In this document: piece by piece, positions 49,011-57,856 of the stretch | Numbering within the stretch: position 1 is the stretch's first letter | How the letters are laid out: each line of letters opens with the position of its first letter | DNA from: Myxococcales bacterium | Lineage (GTDB): Bacteria > Myxococcota_A > Polyangia > Polyangiales > DASUME01 | NCBI GenBank assembly: GCA_047601445.1 | Contig: JASGJH010000001.1 | Coordinates: forward strand, 8,800,001-8,864,000 | DNA length: 64,000 nucleotides | Direction of reading: 5' to 3' | Translations under genes and position numbers: made by a program | The notes under the pieces: generated by a model | What the model was told of the DNA's origin: nothing | The model's database searches: none | The model's input: only the letters and a program-made list of their open reading frames with translations

Positions 49011-51512
49011 TTATGGCAAAAGTCCGCGCGGCCCCGACAGGGTCACAACGGCGGCCAGCGCGAAGGAGGCGAGGGCGCATGGGGTGATGATCGGGGCCAC
49101 CGGCTTGTCGCGCAGCACGCGCAAGCTCGGCAGCGTCCACACGACCACGTGGGCCGCGTGGCCGAGCGCTTCCGGCAGCTCCGCGCGTCGCAGCAACAGC
49201 GCGACCAGCCACGTCGTGAGCAGCAGGCCCGCCACCGCCAGCGAGAAGCGGGCCGCTCCGCGATTGACGCGCGCGTAGTGGAGCGGCAGCCGATCGGGCG
49301 CCACCAGCGTGAGTCCGGCGAGGGCGTACACGAAGGGCAGCACCGGAGCCATGTAGAGGGGCTCCTTGGCGATGGGAATCGAGAGCGGGATCAGCGCGAG
49401 TACGGCCGCGAATGTGGCCGCACCGAAGGCCCGTCGCGATACGTTCATGCGCCTGGTCAACGCTGGCATGCCGAGACACAGCGGGATGAGCAGCGCTCCG
49501 TGATCGCGCAGCAGCCACGCGAGGTAGTCCCAGGAGGAGGGCGCGGGGGCGGTCGGCGTTTGGCTGAGCTTGGCAGCGGTGACGCCGCGTCCGCTGAACA
49601 GGCCGAAGTACACGGATTCGATCCACGCGCTCAGATCTTCGCGGGCCACCAGCGACACGTAGATGAGATGGCTCGCACCACCGAGTGCGCAGCCCAAACC
49701 ATACAGCGCCGCCGCGCGCGCCCAACGCGAGCGCTCCACGTGGCCGCCTTCGTAGGCGCGCACCACCAGGTAAGCCAGACCGCCGCCGAGTGCGGGCAGG
49801 ATCAGCCACATCTTCGTGGCGAAGCCGAGGCCGGTGGCGAGTCCCGCCAGCGCGGCCAGCAGCAGACGATGCTTACCCTCCGAGCGTACCAGTAGCGCGA
49901 AGCCCAGGGCCCCCAGGGCCGCCACCAGGGGCTCGAACTCGAGCAGCGCGAACTGGGCGACCAGCCAAGGGGCGCTCGCCGCGATCAGCACGGTGGCGCT
50001 GGCCGCGCCGCGGTCGAGCGGACGCACGCCCATCAAACAGGCCCCCAGGCAGAGCGCGAACACCAGCCCGGGCAAGAAATCCATCCCGTGGCTGCCGAGC
50101 TGCGCGAAGGTCGCGAGCAGCAGCGGAAAGACGGGCGTGTTGCCCACCGCGGGGAGCGCGTCGCGTTGCCAGTCGAGCGGACGTTCGCGGGTCACCGAGG
50201 GATGTACGAAGCCCTCCACGCCCTGCACGATGTGGTCCGCCATGATGCCGTTGACGATCTCGTCCGCCGTGCGCGCGCTGTGAGGCGCCAAATTGACGAT
50301 CCAGACCAGCGCCGCGCCGAGGCCCACCGCCAGCCAGCCCGTCGCGAGCGAAGGACGTATCGTGGTCGTGGTGATCTGCGGTGCCGAGTCGGTGGAACTC
50401 TCGGCTCGCGCTGGCGCCTTGGGCGCGAAGGCCAGGTACTTGGCGCCGAAGAAGTTCACGAAGGTGGCGATCGCGATGCCGATCACGCTGAGCAGCAAGT
50501 AGCCGGGGCCTCGATCGAGCGCGGTCAGCGCCATCAGCACGTGGATCGTCAACATGCGTAGCGTGAGACCGATCAGGTTCGCGCCCAGGTAGTTGACGTA
50601 GCTGGCGACCAGCGGCACGTCGCGACCGTGCTCGAAGCTGTAGCGGCGGTTGATGGCGAAGTTGAAGCTGACTGCGACCGCGAAGCCGAACACCTGACAG
50701 AGCCGCGTATCCATCGCGAAGTGCTGCTTGAGCGTGGCGACCACCGACAGGTCCACGAACACACCGAGCACGCCGACCAGACAGAACTTGATCAGCTCGA
50801 TCAGCGCCGGGAAGCGGAACTTGTAGAGCTTGTAGAGGTGCTCGAGATACTGACCGAGCACGCGCAGGCTCTGCTTGCTCTCACCGGTGCGCCGATCGGT
50901 GAACACGATGGGCACCTCGGCGAGGCGCGCGGGCCGCGCCTTGACCACGGCCTCGAGCACGATCTTCCAGCCCACCGGGTCGAGCTTGAGCCGGCTCACT
51001 AGCTCGCGACGAATCGCCATGAAACCCGTGGTGGGATCGGTCATGGAGGTGAGCCCCACCGCCAGCGACGCTGCCGCACGCGACTTGAACTGCGAGAACA
51101 ACGGCCAGTCTTTGCTGCCGCCGCCCGTGACGTGCCGGCTGCCGACCACGATCTCGGCCTTATCCGCCAGGATCATGCGCACCATCTCCGGCAGCGCCTC
51201 CGGTGGGTGACTGCCATCGGCGTCCATCACCACGCACACGCTGGCCTGGGACGAGGCGAAGCCCGCGATGACCGCCTTGGCGAGGCCCCGGTCCTGGGTG
51301 CGCCGGATGACCCGCACCGGGTACGTTTGTCCCAGCTGTGCCGCGATGTCGGCGGTGCCGTCCGGGGAGGCGTCGTCGACCACCACGACCTCGCCGCGCA
51401 GACCGGCCTCGGCCAGGGCGCGAGCGATTTCGGGGATCAAGGGAGGGAGCGAGGCGGCTTCGTTATACGTGGGTAGGACAACAGATACGTCCAGTGGCTG
51501 CGCTTCGCCCAT
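49011..51512 (-). CDS. Fused polyprenol-phosphate glycosyltransferase (GT2/DPM1-like) - GtrA flippase - GT-C (ArnT/PMT-like)
   Basis: VLPTYNEA, VDDASPDGT, MDADGSH; GtrA KFCLVG...FNFAINRRYSF; GT-C TADE, NTPVFPLL, LATGLGFATK and many TM segments. Confidence 0.88.
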   Translation of the reverse strand: MGEAQPLDVSVVLPTYNEAASLPPLIPEIARALAEAGLRGEVVVVDDASPDGTADIAAQLGQTYPVRVIRRTQDRGLAKAVIAGFASSQASVCVVMDADGSHPPEALPEMVRMILADKAEIVVGSRHVTGGGSKDWPLFSQFKSRAAASLAVGLTSMTDPTTGFMAIRRELVSRLKLDPVGWKIVLEAVVKARPARLAEVPIVFTDRRTGESKQSLRVLGQYLEHLYKLYKFRFPALIELIKFCLVGVLGVFVDLSVVATLKQHFAMDTRLCQVFGFAVAVSFNFAINRRYSFEHGRDVPLVASYVNYLGANLIGLTLRMLTIHVLMALTALDRGPGYLLLSVIGIAIATFVNFFGAKYLAFAPKAPARAESSTDSAPQITTTTIRPSLATGWLAVGLGAALVWIVNLAPHSARTADEIVNGIMADHIVQGVEGFVHPSVTRERPLDWQRDALPAVGNTPVFPLLLATFAQLGSHGMDFLPGLVFALCLGACLMGVRPLDRGAASATVLIAASAPWLVAQFALLEFEPLVAALGALGFALLVRSEGKHRLLLAALAGLATGLGFATKMWLILPALGGGLAYLVVRAYEGGHVERSRWARAAALYGLGCALGGASHLIYVSLVAREDLSAWIESVYFGLFSGRGVTAAKLSQTPTAPAPSSWDYLAWLLRDHGALLIPLCLGMPALTRRMNVSRRAFGAATFAAVLALIPLSIPIAKEPLYMAPVLPFVYALAGLTLVAPDRLPLHYARVNRGAARFSLAVAGLLLTTWLVALLLRRAELPEALGHAAHVVVWTLPSLRVLRDKPVAPIITPCALASFALAAVVTLSGPRGLLP

Positions 51513-51728
51513 GACGGCCGCTTCCTAGCATGCCCCCACCAGAAGTAGGTCGGCTGGCTCGCCCGTGTGACCTGCTTGCGGCGGCAACCGGGTGCGAGGG
51601 GCCGAAGAGTGGGTGCATGGACCACCCCGCTTTGGGCCGCCCAGGTAGGGTGCTGCCGGCGCAGGCCCACAAAAATCGCGCTTCGGATCGCAACCGCTGG
51701 GGATCGGTGTATTTTTTAAGGCGAGTCG

Positions 51729-52997
51729 ATGAGTTCGGAGTCCCGAAGCAATCGTGATTGGTTGGTGCACGCGGCCGCCCTTGTGGTGGTGCTCGGGGCC
51801 CTCAAGCTGGCCACTCCGCTGGTCGTGCCGATCCTGCTCGCGGCCTTCCTGGCGATCGTCACCGGCCCGCTGATGTTCTGGCTCATCCGCAAGGGCGTTC
51901 AGCGCTACGTGGCCGTCGGCCTCGCGCTCTCGGCGGACATCGCCTTCTTCGGTTTGATGGCGGCCTTCACGGCCCGTGGCCTCAACGCCCTGGTCTCCGC
52001 CATGCCGCGCTATCAGGAGCGCGTCTCGGTGTTGCGTGTGGAGGCTTCCAACTGGCTGACGGTGCAGGGCCTACCCGACCTCGGCCATCTCTTGCCGCGC
52101 GCGATCCGTGAGCAGGATACGGGGCCTCTCTTCGCGTCGGCGCTGACCGAGGTCGCGCACGCGCTGTCGTCGCTGGTGTTGGTGCTGTTCATCGTGGCGT
52201 TCCTGCTGGTCGAGATGCTCGGCATCGAAGACAAGCTGCGCCTGATCTTCAAGCACCCGGAGATCGGCATCGAGCAGTTCCGCCGCGCGGCTGCGCACGT
52301 CCAGCGCTACATCGTCGTGAAGACGGGGGCCAACCTGTTCACCGGCTTGCTGGTGTGGCTGTGGCTGGCGGCTTTCCGCGTGGACTTCGCGCTGCTCTGG
52401 GGCGTCTTCGCGGCCATGCTGGGGTACATCCCGACCGTGGGCAGCGTGATGGTGGGCGTGCCGGTGGTGGCCGTGACGCTGCTCCAGTACGGCTTCGGTA
52501 CGACGCTGGTGGTCGGCACCGGATACATCCTGATCAACGCGGCCATCGCTGCGCTGCTCGAGCCGCGCGTGTTCGGACATGCGCTCGGGCTGTCGCCCCT
52601 CGTGGTCTTCGTGTCCATGGTTTGCTGGGGCTGGTTGTGGGGACCGGTTGGCGCCGTGCTCTCGGTGCCGCTCACGGTGGTGGTCAAGATCGTGCTCGCG
52701 TATGTCGAGGGGTACGAGTGGCTGGCGCGCATGTTGGGGCCTGTCTCTGCGACCTCCGTTGGCGTGGGCACGCCCAGCATTCCGCCAGGCGTGCTTAGCC
52801 TGCCGCCGGGCGTGGTCAGCGCAGCGGCCGGCATCTCGCTCGGCAATCATCCGGAGCGCAGCAGCTCGGCCAGCCTGGCGCCCGTGGTGTTGCCCTCGGC
52901 GCCCGCCATGCCAGCCATCATCTCGGGCGTGGGCCCGATCGTGCCCGGCGCCCCGGCGCTGATCGGCCACGGCAGCCCCGAAGACGAACTCGAGTGA
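51729..52997 (+). CDS. AI-2E family transporter
   Basis: YIVVKT, ALLWG, YIPTVGS, LEPRVFGHALGLSPLVV, WGWLWGPVGAVLSVPLT; Pro-rich tail. Confidence 0.93.
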   Translation: MSSESRSNRDWLVHAAALVVVLGALKLATPLVVPILLAAFLAIVTGPLMFWLIRKGVQRYVAVGLALSADIAFFGLMAAFTARGLNALVSAMPRYQERVSVLRVEASNWLTVQGLPDLGHLLPRAIREQDTGPLFASALTEVAHALSSLVLVLFIVAFLLVEMLGIEDKLRLIFKHPEIGIEQFRRAAAHVQRYIVVKTGANLFTGLLVWLWLAAFRVDFALLWGVFAAMLGYIPTVGSVMVGVPVVAVTLLQYGFGTTLVVGTGYILINAAIAALLEPRVFGHALGLSPLVVFVSMVCWGWLWGPVGAVLSVPLTVVVKIVLAYVEGYEWLARMLGPVSATSVGVGTPSIPPGVLSLPPGVVSAAAGISLGNHPERSSSASLAPVVLPSAPAMPAIISGVGPIVPGAPALIGHGSPEDELE

Positions 52998-52999
52998 TT

Positions 53000-53024
53000 G
53001 CGGGGAGGGCGCGCGCCCGCCCGC
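53000..53024. terminator. GC-rich hairpin between convergent genes
   Basis: GCGGG-GAGGGC-GCGC-GCCC-GCCCGC; resembles hairpin 1 of the ~80-nt repeat. Confidence 0.4.
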
Positions 53025-54179
53025 TCAGTCCTCGGATTCACCTGAGCGCTTGAACGGCGTGCTCTCGCGGAGCATGTCCATCTGCGCTCGCACGTAGGGC
53101 TCTTCGCGCAGCACGAAGTCCGCGATGGCGCGCTGCAACCCCGGGTGCACCGCCCAGTGTGCCGAGTAGCAGGGGCGCGGAAGATAGCCGCGCTTGATCT
53201 TGTGCTCGCCCTGGGCTCCGGCTTCGAAGTGGGTCACGCCCCGCGCGAGACCCCACTCGAGCGGCAGGTAGTAGCAGAGCTCGAAGTGCAACATAGGGTG
53301 CTCGCGGCGCGCGCCCCAGTAGCGACCATAGAGGTGCTTTCCCTTGTGGAAGAAGAGCGCCCCGGCGACGGCTTCCGTGCCGTCGTGGGCGAGCGTGGCA
53401 TAGGCGTGCGGGTTGTGCGGCAGCCCATCGAAGAAGGCCTGCGTGAGGTATGCCTCCGAGCCGTGGTTGTCGATGGTGGAGTTGTAGAACTCCCACAGCG
53501 CCGCGATGTCGCGTTCGGGCAACTCGGCCACCTTGCGCATCGAGAGATCGAGCCCGAGCTCGTGAGCCCGCGCGCGCTCTTTGCGCACTTGCTTACGCGA
53601 GGCATTGCGCAGGCTGTTCGCGAAGTCCTGGAAGGTGTGCAGCTCGCCCTGATGGTCGAGGTGGTACTGCTGGCTCAGGCGGGGCGCGAAGCCGAGCTCG
53701 GCGGCCAGCGTGCGCTCTTCCTCGGTGCAAAACAGGATGTGCAGCGACGAGGCTCGCAGCTCACGGGTCGCCACGCGTGCGGCCTCCAGCAGCTCTCGTA
53801 CGATCTCGGCGCGCGGGTGGGCGGGATGGCTGAGCAAGCGCCGACCGCCTGCTGGCGTGAGCGGCACCGCACTGACGAGCTTGGGGTAGTACGAGAGCCC
53901 TGCGCCCATGGCGGCTTGGGCCCAGCCGAAGTCGAAGATGAACTCACCATACGAGTGGTGCTTGAGGTAGAGCGGCAGCGCGCCCACCAGCTCGCCCGCG
54001 TGCTTGAGCAGCACGTGGCAAGGCACCCAGCCCGTGGCACGCGGGCCAACGCTGCGGCTCGTCTCGAGCAACGCGAGGAAGCCGTGTTCGGTGAAGGGGT
54101 TATCGGGCTCGACGAGCGCGTCCCAGGCTCGTGCGTCCACGTGGGCCAGGGAGGGGGCGATCTCGACGTCGTAGGCCAC
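53025..54179 (-). CDS. FemAB-like (DUF482) GNAT family protein
   Basis: YLKHHSYGEFIFDFGWA, YYPKL, LYGRYWG, LHFELCYY, FEAGAQGEHK. Confidence 0.92.
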   Translation of the reverse strand: MAYDVEIAPSLAHVDARAWDALVEPDNPFTEHGFLALLETSRSVGPRATGWVPCHVLLKHAGELVGALPLYLKHHSYGEFIFDFGWAQAAMGAGLSYYPKLVSAVPLTPAGGRRLLSHPAHPRAEIVRELLEAARVATRELRASSLHILFCTEEERTLAAELGFAPRLSQQYHLDHQGELHTFQDFANSLRNASRKQVRKERARAHELGLDLSMRKVAELPERDIAALWEFYNSTIDNHGSEAYLTQAFFDGLPHNPHAYATLAHDGTEAVAGALFFHKGKHLYGRYWGARREHPMLHFELCYYLPLEWGLARGVTHFEAGAQGEHKIKRGYLPRPCYSAHWAVHPGLQRAIADFVLREEPYVRAQMDMLRESTPFKRSGESED

Positions 54180-54256
54180 GGGGCAAGTGTAGCCTCGCGG
54201 AGGGCGCAGGTCAGGAACCGCTCAGGGGTGGCCGAAACGCGATAAACAAGGCACTT

Positions 54257-54340
54257 CGTGAGCGTAGCGAACCTCGCGGTGGGGTGGGTCCCCGGCGCGC
54301 TTTGCCGCGCTGGGCAGGGAGGTCGCGTGACCTCCCCGTG
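54257..54340 (-). repeat. Structured ~80-nt intergenic repeat, copy 4
   Basis: Reverse complement reads GGAGGTC-ACGC-GACCTCC...CGCGGC-AAA-GCGCG...GCGA-GGT-TCGC-TACGCTCACG. Confidence 0.9.
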
Positions 54341-54346
54341 AAATGG

Positions 54347-54919
54347 TCAGGAGCCGTTCGGGGGGCGGAAGGCCTTGCCGCGGTAGTAGCGCAGCTCCTC
54401 GATACTCTCGCGGATGTCGTCGAGGGCGCGGTGGGAGTTCTTCTTGCTGGGCAGCGTCACATCGGTGTACCAGCGCTTGACCAGCTCCTTCACCGTGCTC
54501 ACGTCGATCGTGCGGTAGTGCAGCCACGCGCTCAGGTCCGGCATGTACTTGTCGATGAAGCGCCGATCGTGGCTCACCGAGCTGCCGCACAGGGGCGACT
54601 GTCCCTTGTTCGTCAGGCGCCGCAGGTAGTCCAGCGTGCGCAGCTCCGCCTCGCGCAGCGTGATGGGCGAGGCCTTGACCGCCGCTGTCAGTCCGCTCTG
54701 ACCGTGATGGCGGGTGCACCAATCGTCCATGGCGTCGAGCACCGCGTCGGGCTGGCTGACCACCAGGTCGATCCCTTCGCCCTGTTCCACGAGCTCAGCG
54801 TCCGTCACGATGCACGCGACTTCGAGGATCACGCACTTCTCGGGATCCAACCCGCTCATCTCCAGATCGATCCAGATCAACGGGGGATGGTTCGAGCGTA
54901 CTGGCTCTGTCTCACTCAT
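54347..54919 (-). CDS. orn: Oligoribonuclease
   Basis: LIWIDLEMSGLD, H..SGL, HYRTIDVST, HRALDDIRESIEELRYY. Confidence 0.95.
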   Translation of the reverse strand: MSETEPVRSNHPPLIWIDLEMSGLDPEKCVILEVACIVTDAELVEQGEGIDLVVSQPDAVLDAMDDWCTRHHGQSGLTAAVKASPITLREAELRTLDYLRRLTNKGQSPLCGSSVSHDRRFIDKYMPDLSAWLHYRTIDVSTVKELVKRWYTDVTLPSKKNSHRALDDIRESIEELRYYRGKAFRPPNGS

Positions 54920-54965
54920 CGTCTGCTCCAATTGGGCCTATGGTAAGCGCGTTGGTTCGCGGCGT

Positions 54966-55937
54966 TCAAGGTTCACGCCACAGGGCGTCGTACAGCATCT
55001 CGGTGGTGTCGAGGATGCTAGGGCCCGGATCCTCGAGAAACTGCATGGGTAGCTCGATGATCTTGCCGGCGCCCTGGCAGGGCTTGAGGCCGGCCAGGCC
55101 CGCGTGTCGGCAGATCACGGCGCCCATATTGGTCTGCGTCACGATGACTTCGGGATCGAGACTCAGGATGCGCTCGTTGATCAGCTCGGGCCAGCCATCG
55201 AGCCCGGCCTCGGCCGCCGCGTCGCTCAGCCCCGCGTACTCCAGGATCTCGTGGTAGCTGGTGCGAGCGGCGCCGCCGTACATGCGATCGCCGTAGATGC
55301 TGATGTAGATGGCGCGCGGACGGGGCTTGCCGGCGCGGTCGGAGGCCACGCGTTCGAGGCGCTCGCGGAGGTGCCGCGCGTACTGCTCCGCCCGCTCGGG
55401 CGCGCCGATGAGATAGCCAATGGCACGGATGTTCGGCAGCAGCGTCTGCAGGCCTTGCATGTGGCCTAGATCGAACACAGGGATGCCGTGTTCACGCAGG
55501 TGTGCCACGTAGCCCGGGTCGACCAGGTTGTTGACCAGCAACAGATCCGGCTTGAGCTTGAGCACCGTCTCGACGGGCGCGCGCGATGCCAGCTGTTCCT
55601 TGCCGGCCAGGCGGTGCGCGATCACGGACTGCGTGGCGCCGTGGCTGGTGAACGCGACGATGCGCGTGGGCTCGCACAGGTCGGAGAGCACACGGTCGGC
55701 GATCATGGTCTGCGAGGCGATGCGCTCGTAGTGCTTGAGGGGCACGGCGACGCCGTGGGCATCGCGCAGCACCTGGCTGCCGTCGGGCAAGGTCTCGGGC
55801 TTGATGTGAGGGTCTAGCTCGATTGTGAGCTTCGCATCGGGCATACCGCGCCCGGTGCTCATCGACCCTCCGTAGATGGCGAGCGCGAGTGCGGCGGCGA
55901 AGCCAGCGCCATTGAGCAGGTCGAGTCCGCGCTTCAC
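54966..55937 (-). CDS. ABC transporter substrate-binding protein (BtuF/Fe-siderophore class)
   Basis: RIAS, ETVLKLKPDL, ERILSLDPEVI, PGP; in an operon with FecCD permease. Confidence 0.85.
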   Translation of the reverse strand: MKRGLDLLNGAGFAAALALAIYGGSMSTGRGMPDAKLTIELDPHIKPETLPDGSQVLRDAHGVAVPLKHYERIASQTMIADRVLSDLCEPTRIVAFTSHGATQSVIAHRLAGKEQLASRAPVETVLKLKPDLLLVNNLVDPGYVAHLREHGIPVFDLGHMQGLQTLLPNIRAIGYLIGAPERAEQYARHLRERLERVASDRAGKPRPRAIYISIYGDRMYGGAARTSYHEILEYAGLSDAAAEAGLDGWPELINERILSLDPEVIVTQTNMGAVICRHAGLAGLKPCQGAGKIIELPMQFLEDPGPSILDTTEMLYDALWREP

Positions 55938-56707
55938 GAGGACGCCTCCGGCAGACGAAAGCCGAGGCCACCGCCGAACACCATGTCCACGCCATACAGC
56001 GCCCGCACGCGTTCGGGCGTAATGATGTCTTGCGCGGGGCCGTGTGCGATGAGCTCGCCGCTCTTGATCAAGGCCACCTCATCCGCGTAGGTGAGCGCTT
56101 CGTCCAGGTGGTGCAATACCACCACCACGCAGCGACCCTGGCCTGCCAGCGCCCGCAACAGGACGCACAGGCGCAGCGCGTGCTCGACATCCAGCGACGC
56201 CGTGGGTTCGTCGAGCAGCAGCGTGCGCGCACCCGTGGCCAGCGCGCGCGCGATCATCACGCGCTTCTGCTCTCCGAAACTCAGCTCCGTGAATGGGCGC
56301 GCCGCCAGTCCCTGAGTGTCGGTCTCGGTCAGCGCTTCGTCGATGGCCGCCTCGTCTGCCGGGCCGAGCCGCGCGACGCTGCTGCGGTGTGCGTAGCGTC
56401 CCTGGGCCACCACGCTGCGCACGGGCATGGCCACGCGCAACAAGGAATTTTGAGGCACGAAGCTGACGAGCTTGGCGCGTTCGCGCGGCTCGATGGTGGC
56501 TGCGGGAACGCCGTGCAAGAGCACTTGTCCGCGACCGTCGAGGATGCCCGCGACGGCGCGCAGCAGGCTGCTCTTACCGGCTCCGTTGGGGCCGAGGATG
56601 GCGGTGACCTGGCCGGACTCGGCGCGCAACGAAACGCGCTTGAGCACCTCGCGCTGGCCGAGTTGCACGCTCAGCTCGCGCACCTCGAGCGCCGCGGGCT
56701 CAGACAT
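55934..56707 (-). CDS. ABC transporter ATP-binding protein (BtuD/FecE-like)
   Basis: GPNGAGKS, LSFGE, LLDEPT, VLHHL. Confidence 0.92.
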   Translation of the reverse strand: MSEPAALEVRELSVQLGQREVLKRVSLRAESGQVTAILGPNGAGKSSLLRAVAGILDGRGQVLLHGVPAATIEPRERAKLVSFVPQNSLLRVAMPVRSVVAQGRYAHRSSVARLGPADEAAIDEALTETDTQGLAARPFTELSFGEQKRVMIARALATGARTLLLDEPTASLDVEHALRLCVLLRALAGQGRCVVVVLHHLDEALTYADEVALIKSGELIAHGPAQDIITPERVRALYGVDMVFGGGLGFRLPEASS

Positions 56708-57689
56708 AGATGCCTTCCTTGCGCGAACGCAGGAGCAGCCAGAGGAACAAGGGCGCCCCGAACAAGCCGGTCACCACGCCCAGTGGGATCTCGGTGCGCG
56801 AAGGAATCACACGGGTGAGCACGTCGCAGGCGAGCAAGAACACGCCGCCACCGAGGGCCGCTGCCGGCACCAGGATGCGATGGGACACGCCGACGAAGCG
56901 CCGCAGGGCGTGCGGTACGACCAGCCCCACGAAGCCCACGTTGCCTCCCACCGACACGGCGCCGGCCGTGAGCAACGCCGTCCACACGATGCACCAGCGA
57001 CGCGTGCGCGCCACATCGAGGCCGAGTACTTGGGCCTCGTCTTCGCCCGACAGCAGCAGATCGAGCGGCCGTGCCCAGAACATGGCGGCGGCGGTGCCGA
57101 TCGCTACGATCGGCGCGATCATGGCGGCTTGGCGCAGGCCCGTTCCAGAGACCGTGCCCAGCGCGAAGGCGATCACAGCGCGGCCCACCTCCCAGCTCTC
57201 TTGGGCCAAGCTGGTCACGAACGAGCCCAGGCTCAGGAACAAGTTCGAGAGCAGAAAGCCTGCCAGCAACAGGACCACGATGCTTGGCGTGGCACGCGCG
57301 ATGGCCAGTAGGATCAGGAGCGCCGCGAAGGCGCCCAGCAGGCAACCGAAGGGGAGGATCATCTCGGGCTCGAGCCCGTGCAGTTCACCGCGGATCAGGA
57401 GCGCCTGAAAGACGAGCAGGCAGACCTTGCCAGCGAAGGTCGCACCGGCCGAGGTGCCGAGGATGTCGGTGCTCGCCAGCGGGTTGCGAAAGAGGCCCTG
57501 AGCGATCACGCCCGAGACGGCGAGCGCGGCTCCGGCCAGGTAGGCCACGGCCCCACGGGCCAGGCGTAGGCGGAGGAGGGTATCGACCAGGCTTGGATCA
57601 TCGAGGGTGGTCGCCCCCGCAAACAAGCTCCCCACGAACAGGCAGGCGCTCGCCACGAGCAGCAGGACGAGCACCACGCTGGGACGCAT
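56700..57689 (-). CDS. FecCD/BtuC family permease
   Basis: LRLAR, QGLFRNPLA, GEDEAQVLG, VGFVGLVVPH, GVVTGLFGAP. Confidence 0.93.
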   Translation of the reverse strand: MRPSVVLVLLLVASACLFVGSLFAGATTLDDPSLVDTLLRLRLARGAVAYLAGAALAVSGVIAQGLFRNPLASTDILGTSAGATFAGKVCLLVFQALLIRGELHGLEPEMILPFGCLLGAFAALLILLAIARATPSIVVLLLAGFLLSNLFLSLGSFVTSLAQESWEVGRAVIAFALGTVSGTGLRQAAMIAPIVAIGTAAAMFWARPLDLLLSGEDEAQVLGLDVARTRRWCIVWTALLTAGAVSVGGNVGFVGLVVPHALRRFVGVSHRILVPAAALGGGVFLLACDVLTRVIPSRTEIPLGVVTGLFGAPLFLWLLLRSRKEGIYV

Positions 57690-57856
57690 CGGCCGGTGGT
57701 AGCACGAAGATCACACACTTACCGCAGCGCGGGCTGACGGTCGGAGGAGCGTGAGCTATCGACCCAGAGCGGTTACTAGACAACCCCGACCTTGGGTTAT
57801 CTGTGTGCCAGGAAGGCGCGAAGGGACGCTGAATTCCGCGCCGTCGTGGGCTGGGC

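Noticed and set aside
48916..49809. 768-aa version of the outer-membrane protein ORF
   Set aside because: The upstream part overlaps the GT fusion in another frame and is low-complexity; the SD and signal peptide point to a start at 48915 or 48906.
51525..51728. Possible ncRNA in the divergent intergenic gap
   Set aside because: Only generic GC hairpins; no recognisable motif or second copy.
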